In this document: positions 28,798 through 37,359 of the stretch, piece after piece | Numbering within the stretch: the first letter of the stretch is position 1 | How the letters are laid out: each line of letters begins with the position of its first letter | From: an uncultured Acidobacteriota bacterium | Lineage (GTDB): Bacteria > Acidobacteriota > Thermoanaerobaculia > UBA5066 > Gp7-AA6 | Length of the DNA: 64,000 bases | NCBI GenBank assembly: GCA_963764715.1 | Contig: CAVXTP010000018.1 | Location: 1 to 64,000, forward strand | Direction of reading: 5' to 3' | Made by a program: the position numbers and the translations under genes | The notes under the pieces: model-generated | Databases searched by the model: none | What the model was told of the DNA's origin: nothing | What the model saw: the letters and a program-made list of their open reading frames with translations, nothing else

Positions 28798-28860
28798 CGG
28801 ACTTCGCCTCCGGAAAAAAGACTGTCACTTCCCGCCGCCGCGCGACAAGGGCCAAACGCA

Positions 28861-29520
28861 TCAAGGGCGCGCGGCCCGATCCACTTCCGCGATCTCCCGG
28901 TCCTGGAGCCGGCCGAACAGGAGCTGCCCGGCGACCGCTCCCGCGAGGCCGAGGAACATGTCCCACTGCGTGTCCCAGACGTCCCCCTGGGTCGCGAGAA
29001 ACGCGGCCGCTTCGAAGCCGGAAAGTTTCGCGGCCCACCACTCGAGAATCTCGTAAACGGCGCTGCCGCCCAGGCAACTCAGGGCCACGAGCCAGAAGAG
29101 CCAGCCCCCGGGCCGCAGCCGGGTCTTCCGCAGAAGAAGCTCCCGCGCGAGGACCGCCGGCGCGAGGCCGCCGAAGAAGTGCACGACGCGGTCGAAATGA
29201 TTTCGAGAGAGTCCCAAGGCGTCTCTCCACCAGAGCCCGGCGGGCACTCCCGAGTACGTGTAGTGACCTCCGATGACGATCAGGAGGGCGTGGACGAAGA
29301 GCAGTCGATACGTCCACCGCGTCAGGCGAAAGCTCCAGAAGGTCGCGAGGAGGATGGGGGCCGCGAGCAGAATGGGCGCCTCCTCCAGGATCCAGATCCG
29401 GCGGTCCGCCGGCGCCAGGCCGGAGACCGTCATCGCCGCCGCCAGCAGAACGAGGAGGACGATCGGCTCGCGCGGTGTCTTCGTCGCCGGTCGGATCGCG
29501 GGGACCGGCGCCCCGCTCAT
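28861..29520 (-). CDS. DUF2238/YjdF membrane protein
   Basis: IGGHYTYSGVP, RNHFDRVVHF, YEILEW, QGDVWDTQWDM. Confidence 0.85.
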   Translation of the reverse strand: MSGAPVPAIRPATKTPREPIVLLVLLAAAMTVSGLAPADRRIWILEEAPILLAAPILLATFWSFRLTRWTYRLLFVHALLIVIGGHYTYSGVPAGLWWRDALGLSRNHFDRVVHFFGGLAPAVLARELLLRKTRLRPGGWLFWLVALSCLGGSAVYEILEWWAAKLSGFEAAAFLATQGDVWDTQWDMFLGLAGAVAGQLLFGRLQDREIAEVDRAARP

Positions 29521-29599
29521 CCGCGCGCGCCGCACCCCGGCCGGGAACCGGCCGGCGCCCCGGTGGGGACGGGACGCCGGCCCCCCGTGCGGCCCGGGT

Positions 29600-30277
29600 C
29601 TAGTTCCACGGGCTCACGGCCAGGTGATCGCGGACCTCGCGGACGCCGGGGGCGTGGCTGACGGCACCGAGGACGGCCGTCTTTTCCGGCCACGTCCGGA
29701 CGCGGCCCTCCAGGGTGACGATCCCGTCGTCGACGGCAACGCGGACTTTCTCCGCCTCGCGTTCGGCCCGGCGCTCGAGCGCCTGCTCGATCGACTTGCG
29801 CAGCTGCGCGGGGTCGGCCTTCGCCTTCGCCACGGTCAACCAGTTGTTGACGCCCTGGACGCCCTTGACGCTCCGGATGGCGCGGGCCGCATCGTCCTTC
29901 TGACGAAGCGTGTGAACCTCGCCTTCGAGCGTGACGAGGCCGTCCGACACGGTCGAGCGGATGTTCTGGTCCGGCACGAAGGCTTCCCATTCCAGGGCGA
30001 GCCGCACGTCCTGGGCGATCTCGGTATCGGTCCGCTGGAGGCTTCCCGGGAGCTTGATCCGAACGTCGTCGGCGACGTCGCGGACCCCGACGACGCGATG
30101 AGCGGCTTCCTTCGCGGCGAGCTTCTTGGCCCAGCTGTCGACGGTCCCGGTCAGCGTGACGACACCCTCGTCGACCTCGACGCCGACCTCCTCCTGGCGA
30201 ATTCGCGAATCCCACCGCAGCTCGTTCAGGACGTCTTCCTGAATCTCACGATCGGTTCTGACGGACATGACGGGCAT
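29600..30277 (-). CDS. Triple BON-domain protein
   Basis: Three repeats of GxVTLxG; AAGGAGG RBS before ATG 30277. Confidence 0.88.
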   Translation of the reverse strand: MPVMSVRTDREIQEDVLNELRWDSRIRQEEVGVEVDEGVVTLTGTVDSWAKKLAAKEAAHRVVGVRDVADDVRIKLPGSLQRTDTEIAQDVRLALEWEAFVPDQNIRSTVSDGLVTLEGEVHTLRQKDDAARAIRSVKGVQGVNNWLTVAKAKADPAQLRKSIEQALERRAEREAEKVRVAVDDGIVTLEGRVRTWPEKTAVLGAVSHAPGVREVRDHLAVSPWN

Positions 30278-30337
30278 GACGACCCTCCTTTCGAGGTTAT
30301 CCCTCCTATCGGATACACCCCGCCGGCGGACCGGGAA

Positions 30338-30393
30338 AGATGCCGCTGCATCAACCGCGCGGGCGGCGGCGGCCGGATGATGCTCCTGCATCT
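30338..30393. promoter_or_regulatory. Two TGATGC-N4-GCATCA boxes between the divergent BON and DLH genes
   Basis: AGATGCCGCTGCATCA (30338-30353) and TGATGCTCCTGCATCT (30378-30393), one per direction. Confidence 0.78.
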
Positions 30394-30469
30394 TTCGGCC
30401 GGGAATGGATCCGAGTCATCGTCGGGATGCGAGCCCAGGCGAACCCGGCCGGGCCCGGGGAGGTGTCAC

Positions 30470-31189
30470 ATGACGAAGCAAGGGGGAACCGAGGCGGGGG
30501 AGGTCCATCTCGCGATCCCGTCGAGCCGGCTGACCGGGAACCTCGAGATTCCGGACCCGGCCGAGGGCCTGGTGATTTTCGCGCACGGGAGCGGCAGCAG
30601 CCGCCGGAGCCCGCGCAACCGGTTCGTCGCGCAGAAGCTCCGGGATGCCGGCATGGCCACGCTCCTGACCGACCTTCTGACCCCGGAGGAGGAAGCGCTC
30701 GATCTGGAGCAGGGGCATCTGCGATTCGACATTCCGTTTCTCGCGGGGCGGCTCCTGGCCGTGACCGACTGGGCCGCGCGCCACGACGCCGTCGGCCGGC
30801 TGCCGCTCGGCTACTTCGGCGCCTCGACCGGGGCCGCGGCCGCGTTGCTCGCGGCGGCGGAAAGAGGCGGGGCCGTCCGCGCCGTCGTCTCGCGCGGCGG
30901 GCGGCCGGATCTCGCGGGCACGGCGCTTCACCGCGTCACGGCGCCGACGCTGCTGATCGTCGGCGGGGCCGACGTGGACGTCCTCGAGCTGAACCGGGCG
31001 GCGCTCGCGGGCCTGCGCTGCGAGAAGGAGCTCCGCATCGTGCCGCGCGCGACCCACCTCTTTCCGGAGCCGGGGGCTCTCGAGAATGTCGCGGGGCTGG
31101 CGGCCGCCTGGTTCCGGCGGCACCTGGGAACGACCGAATGGGCGCCGGCTTCGGGCGATCGGCTCGAGGTCTCGGTGCGGGGGGAGTGA
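30470..31189 (+). CDS. Dienelactone hydrolase-family alpha/beta hydrolase
   Basis: FAHGSGSSRRSPRN, GYFGASTGAAAA, SRGGRPDLA. Confidence 0.88.
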   Translation: MTKQGGTEAGEVHLAIPSSRLTGNLEIPDPAEGLVIFAHGSGSSRRSPRNRFVAQKLRDAGMATLLTDLLTPEEEALDLEQGHLRFDIPFLAGRLLAVTDWAARHDAVGRLPLGYFGASTGAAAALLAAAERGGAVRAVVSRGGRPDLAGTALHRVTAPTLLIVGGADVDVLELNRAALAGLRCEKELRIVPRATHLFPEPGALENVAGLAAAWFRRHLGTTEWAPASGDRLEVSVRGE

Positions 31190-31190
31190 G

Positions 31191-31904
31191 ATGAGCATGA
31201 TCTTTCGTGATCGCCGTCAGGCGGGCCGCGTGCTCGGCGAGGCGCTGGCGCATTACGCCGGACGGTCCGGCGTGATCGTCCTGGCCCTTCCGCGGGGAGG
31301 CGTGCCCGTCGGCTTCGAGGTCGCGCGGGCGATCGGCGCGCCGCTCGACGTCTTTCTGGTGCGCAAGCTCGGATTTCCGGGCAACGAGGAGTTCGCCATG
31401 GGCGCGATCGCGTCCGGCGGCGTCCGCGTGCTCGACGAGGCCCTGCTCCGTCGCGTCGGGATCTCGCCCGCCGCGGTCGAGCGGGTCGTTCAACAGGAGG
31501 AACGGGAGCTGCGCCGCCGCGAGTACGCCTACCGCGGCAAGGTCCCTCCGGCCGAGCTCGCCGGGCGGACGGTCATCCTCGTCGACGACGGGCTGGCGAC
31601 GGGATCCTCGATGCGTGCGGCCGTGAAGGCCGCGCGCCAGCGCGGGGCGCGCCGCATCGTCGTGGCGACGCCCGTGGGCCCGGCCGACACGGTCCGCGAG
31701 CTCGCGCGGCTCGCCGACGAGGTCGTCTGCCCCTCGACGCCGGAACCCTTCCTCGCCGTCGGGCGTTTCTACCAGAACTTCGACCAGACCGAGGACGCCG
31801 AAGTCGTCGAGCTGCTGGAAGAGTCCCGCGCCGGGGAACCGAAGCCGGCCGATCCGCCGCCCGTGCGTTCCCGAGGGGGCGTGCACGGAGGGACCCATGC
31901 GTAA
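31191..31904 (+). CDS. Phosphoribosyltransferase-family protein
   Basis: FRDRRQAG, LPRGGVPV, VDDGLATGSSM. Confidence 0.9.
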   Translation: MSMIFRDRRQAGRVLGEALAHYAGRSGVIVLALPRGGVPVGFEVARAIGAPLDVFLVRKLGFPGNEEFAMGAIASGGVRVLDEALLRRVGISPAAVERVVQQEERELRRREYAYRGKVPPAELAGRTVILVDDGLATGSSMRAAVKAARQRGARRIVVATPVGPADTVRELARLADEVVCPSTPEPFLAVGRFYQNFDQTEDAEVVELLEESRAGEPKPADPPPVRSRGGVHGGTHA

Positions 31905-32268
31905 CCGGCTGGTCCCGCGGACCGAGTGGTTCCACTTCTTCCAGGAGTTCAGCCGCCGCTACGAGGGCTGGCTCGTGACGGTCCGCGTCCTGCACCCGAG
32001 CTTCGGATCGCAGGTCGAGGCCCGGGACTTGCCGCTCGAAGGCATCGTGTCGGGAGCCGACGCGTCCGGTCCGATCTCCCTGCACCTCGGCCGGGCGGCC
32101 TCCAACGTCGAGCACGAGATCGCGTCGCCCCGCCAGGTCTGGGTCGAGCTCGACGAGGCCGGCGCCGAGGACGCGCTCGGCGTCGTGTCGGAGGACGGCA
32201 CGAAGACGATCGTCGAGTTTCGCGTGCCCGCGCTGCCCGAGACGGTCGACGGCCTGGCGCGGCCCTAG
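31897..32268 (+). CDS. DUF5335-like protein
   Basis: W..FFQEFSR, GSQVEARDLPLEGI, EHEIASP; overlaps the PRT stop. Confidence 0.7.
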   Translation: MRNRLVPRTEWFHFFQEFSRRYEGWLVTVRVLHPSFGSQVEARDLPLEGIVSGADASGPISLHLGRAASNVEHEIASPRQVWVELDEAGAEDALGVVSEDGTKTIVEFRVPALPETVDGLARP

Positions 32269-32346
32269 AAGTCAGAAGAGCGGGCCCGGCCTCGCTCCGG
32301 GGAGCGGCGCCGCGGCCGCTGGTATCGTGGCGCCGGAGGTGCCGCC

Positions 32347-33342
32347 ATGAGCCGCCTGCGTGCCACTCTCGCCGCGCTTGCCCTGGTGCCGGTCGCGCTG
32401 ACCGCCGACGACGGGTCCGCCCCCGTCCCGCTTCGCCCGGTCCACACGTACTCGATCGTCGCGCGCGACCCGGCGACGGGCGAGCTCGGCGTGGCCGTCC
32501 AGTCGCACGCGTTCTCGGTCGGGTCCGGCGTGTCCTGGGCCGAGGCGGGCGTGGGCGCGGTCGCGACGCAGTCGTTCATCGACCCGAGCTACGGGCCGCT
32601 CGGACTCGCGTTGATGCGCGCGGGGCGGAGCGCTCCCGACGCCCTCAAGGGGCTCCTCGCGGCCGACGACGGACGCGACGTGCGGCAGGTGGCGATGATC
32701 GACGCCTCCGGCCGCGTCGCGGCCCACACCGGCGGCAAGTGCATCCCGGCCGCCGGCGACCACGTCGGCGAGAACTACTCCGTCCAGGCGAACCTGATGG
32801 ACAAGGACACCGTGTGGCCCGCGATGGCGAAGGCGTTCGAGACGACGCGCGGCGACCTCGCCGATCGGATGCTCGCCGCCCTCGACGCCGCGCAGGCGGC
32901 GGGAGGCGACATCCGCGGCATGCAGTCGGCCGCGATCCTCGTCGTCAAGGGCGTCTCGAGCGGGCGGCCGTGGCAGGACAAGATCTTCGACCTGCGCGTC
33001 GATGACCATCCGTCGCCGGTCGTGGAGCTCCGGCGCCTCGTAACACTTCAACGCGCCAACAACCTCGCGAGCGAGGGGGACCGCGCGCTGGAGAAGAAGG
33101 ACGACGCCGCGGCGATGAAGGCCTACGGCGCAGCCGAGGCTCTCATGCCCGACGATGCCGAGATGGCGTACTGGCACGCCGTCGCCCTCGTGGGCGCGGG
33201 GCGGGTGGACGAGTCGCTTCCCGTCTTCGCGAAGGCTTACCGTCTCTACCCGAGGTGGCGCGAGATGGCGCCGCGCCTCGCGAAGGTGGGGCTCCTTCCG
33301 GACGATCCGAAGGTCATCGCCCGGATCGTCGCCGCGAAGTAG
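32347..33342 (+). CDS. DUF1028 Ntn-hydrolase-like secreted protein with TPR tail
   Basis: TYSIVARDP..GVAVQS, AGGDIRGMQSAA, DLRVDDHPSP. Confidence 0.85.
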   Translation: MSRLRATLAALALVPVALTADDGSAPVPLRPVHTYSIVARDPATGELGVAVQSHAFSVGSGVSWAEAGVGAVATQSFIDPSYGPLGLALMRAGRSAPDALKGLLAADDGRDVRQVAMIDASGRVAAHTGGKCIPAAGDHVGENYSVQANLMDKDTVWPAMAKAFETTRGDLADRMLAALDAAQAAGGDIRGMQSAAILVVKGVSSGRPWQDKIFDLRVDDHPSPVVELRRLVTLQRANNLASEGDRALEKKDDAAAMKAYGAAEALMPDDAEMAYWHAVALVGAGRVDESLPVFAKAYRLYPRWREMAPRLAKVGLLPDDPKVIARIVAAK

Positions 33343-33603
33343 CGGGAGGCGGCGGGGACGGCTTCCCTTCCGATTCCGCCGGTGCTCGCATCCCGGTTCG
33401 GAGGCGTCGCGGATTCCGCAATGCGGTCGTCCACGGCTAGCTCGAGGTCGATCCCCGAATCGTCCATCGGCTCCTGGACGAGAACCCCGAGAATTTCGCC
33501 GAATTCGCAAAGGACATCGAGCGCCATCTCGAGAGGACGGATCGCGGAAGCGCGGCGGTGCCCAGCGACTTGGACGAACGTCGTCCGGCCGGGCGATACG
33601 CCC

Positions 33604-33619
33604 TGATGAGATCGCATCA
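33604..33619. promoter_or_regulatory. TGATGC-N4-GCATCA box upstream of the ferredoxin gene
   Basis: TGATGAGATCGCATCA; extended -10 TGtCAGGCT at 33639-33647. Confidence 0.8.
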
Positions 33620-33668
33620 TGGCTGGGCCGCGCCCGCCTGTCAGGCTCTCGTCGGAGGACTGAGAGCT

Positions 33669-33920
33669 ATGGCCATGGTGATTCGCGAGGATTGCATCAA
33701 CTGCGGCAGCTGCGAGCCGGCTTGCCCGAACGAGGCGATTTCGGCCGGCGACACGGTGTACCTGATCGATCGCGAGCGGTGCACGGAGTGCGTCGGCGCC
33801 TTCGACCATCCCCAGTGCGTCGATGCTTGTCCCATCGAGGGATGCATCGCGACCGACGCGGATCACCTGGAGTCGAAGGAGACTCTGCTGGCCCGATACC
33901 AGCAGCTGCACCCGAACTGA
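33669..33920 (+). CDS. 2x[4Fe-4S] ferredoxin, YfhL family
   Basis: CINCGSCEPACP..CTECVGAFDHPQCVDACP; GGAGG RBS. Confidence 0.92.
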   Translation: MAMVIREDCINCGSCEPACPNEAISAGDTVYLIDRERCTECVGAFDHPQCVDACPIEGCIATDADHLESKETLLARYQQLHPN

Positions 33921-33949
33921 CACCTCGTCGAGCCGGCGCGCTGACCGAA

Positions 33950-34128
33950 GTCCGACGTTCAACGACGTGCCGGCTTCGGACGGCGCCTATTCCTTCATCG
34001 AGGCGCTCGTCGCGTCCGGCGTCACCGCCGGCTGCGGCAACGGGAACTACTGTCCGGACGCCCCGCTGACTCGCCGGCAGATGGCCGTGTTCCTCTCGAA
34101 GGCGCTCGGCCTCCACTGGCAGAACTGA
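33950..34128 (+). pseudogene. C-terminal S-layer homology (SLH) domain remnant
   Basis: FNDVP..FIEALVASGVTAGCGNGNYCPDAPLTRRQMAVFLSKAL*, with no credible start or signal peptide. Confidence 0.7.
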
Positions 34129-34170
34129 GGCTGGCGGCACGTCCGAGAAGAGAACGGGAAGAACTGAAAG

Positions 34171-34196
34171 TGGTGGAGGCGGCGGGAGTCGAACCC
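34171..34196 (-). repeat. Copy of the tmRNA 3' end (distal att core)
   Basis: TGGTGGAGGCGGCGGGAGTCGAACCC; 25/26 identical to 49079-49104. Confidence 0.92.
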
Positions 34197-34324
34197 ATGG
34201 AATTCCCGTCAATTCCCGAGTGATTTCGACGCGCTCCCCGGACTCGTTCGTGTCGTCGTCCGCGTTGCCGGCCTTCGCGCGCTCGTGAGGGCCTCGTCGC
34301 CGACGAGAGAAGGCAGCCCCTGAA

Positions 34325-35167
34325 TCACTCCGGGCGCGGCACGGGCTCGAATTCGTACAGCGATGCGGCCAGACGCTTCAGCCCGCGATCTCGCGCAATG
34401 AGGTCGAGGTGGAGTGAGGTCCAGTCCGATAGCAACAACGTCTCGTTGCCGTGCCCGTCGTATGTCTTGAGGTAGCCCCCGCACGAATCGCACGAGTCGA
34501 TGCGAAGGCCGCCGTCTCCCTCGACGGTGAGGGCCGCGAGGCGCTGAGTATCGCCTTCACAGAACGGGCACGCGGTGCGCCGGAACTGCCAGCGGCTGCC
34601 GCAGCAGCCGCACGCCAGGAGCCGCTTGCGTCCCGGATCGGCGCCGACCAGCTGGGCCATGGCGGGAGCCGATCCGCACACCGGGCAGTAGGGGCGAAGC
34701 CACTTTTCGTCGTCGCGCCAGGCCTCGAACGCGGTCACGAGCGGCGCCAGGTACCGCGCGGCGGCCGTCCAGCCCAGGTAGCGCAGCAGCCCCGGCGACG
34801 GCGGCGCGAAGGACTCGTCGCCGAGCAGCCAGTCCCCGATCCGCCGCGGGGCCTCGGGCTCGCGGCGCAGGACGGCGTCCAGGGCGGCGAGGTCCGAGGC
34901 GAAGGAGTCCGGGGAAGGCTCCGATGCCAGCTTCGCGACGAGCGCCACGGCCGCCGTCCCCGCCGGCTCGAGGTCGACCGCGGCATCGGAGCCGCGCAGG
35001 AGCGGCACGCCGGCGAGAAAGTCGTTGCGGTAGTCGCCCCAGCACGGCACCGGTGCGCCGGCGGACGCGATCCCCGCCGCAGCGCGGTCGACTCGTGCGC
35101 AGAAGCCCGCGACCGCCCGCAGGTACGCGTGAGCCTCCAGCCAGCCGTCCCGGGTCCAGTGGCTCAA
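34325..35167 (-). CDS. fdhE: Formate dehydrogenase accessory protein FdhE
   Basis: CPVCGSAP, CGCC..W..RTACPFC, CDSCGGYLK, HLDLIA; TTG start overlapping the upstream stop. Confidence 0.88.
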   Translation of the reverse strand: MSHWTRDGWLEAHAYLRAVAGFCARVDRAAAGIASAGAPVPCWGDYRNDFLAGVPLLRGSDAAVDLEPAGTAAVALVAKLASEPSPDSFASDLAALDAVLRREPEAPRRIGDWLLGDESFAPPSPGLLRYLGWTAAARYLAPLVTAFEAWRDDEKWLRPYCPVCGSAPAMAQLVGADPGRKRLLACGCCGSRWQFRRTACPFCEGDTQRLAALTVEGDGGLRIDSCDSCGGYLKTYDGHGNETLLLSDWTSLHLDLIARDRGLKRLAASLYEFEPVPRPE

Positions 35168-37359
35168 TGTCCCTCGCTGGGCTCCGCCCGGGAGAGAACC
35201 GGCATGAGCCGGGCCGCCAGGCCGAAGAGAAAGATCGTCGCGGCGATCAAGCCGATCGAAACGCCCCACTCGAAGATCGACGGCACGTAGGCCCGGGGCG
35301 CGACCCAGGGCATCCGGCCGTGGAAGGTCATCGCGAAGAGGACGACGTTCATGCGGTTGTACACGACGCCGAGGACCGCGAGCAGGGCCGCGACGAAGAG
35401 CGCGTCGGGGCGCTCGCGGAGCGACCGGCGGGCCAGCATGAGGAGCGGGAGAACGCCGCCGAGGAGGATCTCGGCCGCGAAGGCCGGGCCCAGCCGCCCG
35501 GAGAAGGCGCTCGCGAGCTGGTTTCGAATTGCCATGTCCCCGAGGCGAAACACGAGGTAGACGAGGAGCGCCCAGAACGCGATCTGTCCGACCGCGGCGA
35601 GCCGCGTCATCTCGAGCGGGCGGCGCCACCCCTTCGCAATCCCCATGTCGATGAGGATCACGAGCGCGGTTCCGGCCACGATCGACGACAGGAAGAAGGA
35701 GACGGGCATCACGGGGGACCACCACTGCGGGGCGAGCAGGTTCGGCATCAGCAGGTACAGGGAGCCGAGCGAGCTCTGGTGCATCGTCGACAGCGTGACG
35801 GCGGCGATCGCGAGCATGATCGGCTCGGCCCGGTCGTCCCGCGCGCGAAAGAACCAGGCGAGGGCGCCGAAGATCACCGCCGTCGCAAGGGTGTAGAGGA
35901 GGTTGCGCGAAAGCATGTAGACGAACAGCGTCACCGCCGCCGCCACGTAGGCGCCGTTCCACCGCCGCCAGGCCGCCGCCGCCCGCTGGAATCCCCAGCG
36001 CTCGAAGGGAACGGGGAGGAACTCGAGCAGGAGGATCGTAACGTAGAGGCCGACGCACCACGAGACCTCGAACATGGCCGAGTGCTCCGGAGCCTGCAGG
36101 CCGAGCTGGTAGAAGTGCCAGGGCAGGCCGAGGTCGGCGACGAGCGTGACCGTCACGAAGGAATAGCTCAGGAGGCCCATCAGGACGGCCGTGCGGCCCA
36201 GCCCGTAAAGGTCCTTTCGCTGGAGGACGTAGATCACGCCGGCCATCGCGAACGCGCCCGCGGCCACCGCGATCCACACCAGGTCGAAGAGGATCCACAG
36301 GCCCCACGGGTAGGTGTCGGAGAGGTGCGTGCTGCCGCCGAGCCCGAGGGCGAAGCGCGCCACCATCGAGACGCCGCAGAACGCCATGAGCAGGAGGAGG
36401 ACCCAGTTGAAGGGGGTCATCAGCTCGTTCCGGAGAGGCTCGAATTCGACGTGGCCGTGGTCTCCGGAATGCTTCGACGCAGCCGATCCGTCCGCCGCCG
36501 CCTGAACCCGCTTCCGGAAGAAGGCGTACGCGGCGCCGAGCAGGGCGCCGACGGCCATCACGGCGGGGGGAACGGCGCCGAGCGCCGCCCTGGTGAAGGC
36601 CGGAAAGGGCTTCTCCCCGAACGTCGGGAAGCCGAGCTTCTCGAACGGCACGGTCGACAGGTACACGACGCTCGTCCCGCCCAGCTCCTTCTCTCCGTAG
36701 ACGTGATCGACGTATTTGTCGGGCCGGTCGGAGATCCGCTTGTGCGCGAGCGCCAGCATCTCGTCGCGGGTTCCGTAGCGCAGGGCGTCGGCGGGGCACG
36801 CCTTGACGCAGGCGGGAGTCGCGATGGTATCGAGGAAGCGCTTCGTCTCGTCGGGAGGGGCCGGCTGACCGTTGAACGCGATCGGCGCCGGCTGCGGGGC
36901 CCGGTCCGCGCAGTGCGTGCACTTCTCGATCTTCGGAGCGAGCCTGTCCCACTCCGCGGTCGGCACGTCCCAGGGACACGCCAGCATGCAGTAGCGGCAG
37001 CCGATGCACTTGTCCGCGTCGTAGGAAACGGGCCCGTCGGGTTGCCGGTAGAGCGCCGTCGTCGGACAGGCGGAGACGCAGCCCGGCTCCAGGCAGTGGA
37101 AGCACCGCCGCATCACGAAGGCGGAATCCAGGCCTCCCGGCTTCTGCGGGTTCTCCATCTCGTGAAACGAGATCAGGGTGTACGTTTTCGCGCTGAGCGT
37201 CGCCGGGTTCTGGAAGCCCAGTTGGGCCTGCAGCTCCGTCTCCTCGCCCTCGCGCTCGTTCCACTGCTTGCAGGCCACCTGGCACGCCCGGCAGCCGATG
37301 CAGTTGGCGATGTCGATCAGCGTCGTCCGGATCGGGCCGGCGGCCGCGGCGTGCGTCAC
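35164..37359 (-). CDS. Fused formate dehydrogenase Fe-S beta subunit and NrfD/HybB-type membrane anchor
   Basis: CIGCRACQVACKQWN, CFHCLEPGCVSACP, CIGCRYCMLACP, then YPWGLWI, DLGLPWHF, SAMFEV, STMHQSSLG; GTGA overlap with fdnG. Confidence 0.85.
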   Translation of the reverse strand: MTHAAAAGPIRTTLIDIANCIGCRACQVACKQWNEREGEETELQAQLGFQNPATLSAKTYTLISFHEMENPQKPGGLDSAFVMRRCFHCLEPGCVSACPTTALYRQPDGPVSYDADKCIGCRYCMLACPWDVPTAEWDRLAPKIEKCTHCADRAPQPAPIAFNGQPAPPDETKRFLDTIATPACVKACPADALRYGTRDEMLALAHKRISDRPDKYVDHVYGEKELGGTSVVYLSTVPFEKLGFPTFGEKPFPAFTRAALGAVPPAVMAVGALLGAAYAFFRKRVQAAADGSAASKHSGDHGHVEFEPLRNELMTPFNWVLLLLMAFCGVSMVARFALGLGGSTHLSDTYPWGLWILFDLVWIAVAAGAFAMAGVIYVLQRKDLYGLGRTAVLMGLLSYSFVTVTLVADLGLPWHFYQLGLQAPEHSAMFEVSWCVGLYVTILLLEFLPVPFERWGFQRAAAAWRRWNGAYVAAAVTLFVYMLSRNLLYTLATAVIFGALAWFFRARDDRAEPIMLAIAAVTLSTMHQSSLGSLYLLMPNLLAPQWWSPVMPVSFFLSSIVAGTALVILIDMGIAKGWRRPLEMTRLAAVGQIAFWALLVYLVFRLGDMAIRNQLASAFSGRLGPAFAAEILLGGVLPLLMLARRSLRERPDALFVAALLAVLGVVYNRMNVVLFAMTFHGRMPWVAPRAYVPSIFEWGVSIGLIAATIFLFGLAARLMPVLSRAEPSEGH

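Noticed and set aside
34171-34280. tRNA-like 3' ends (T-arm plus CCA) at 34171 and 43743
   Set aside because: No matching acceptor 5' strand, D-arm or anticodon arm; they are att duplications of ssrA.
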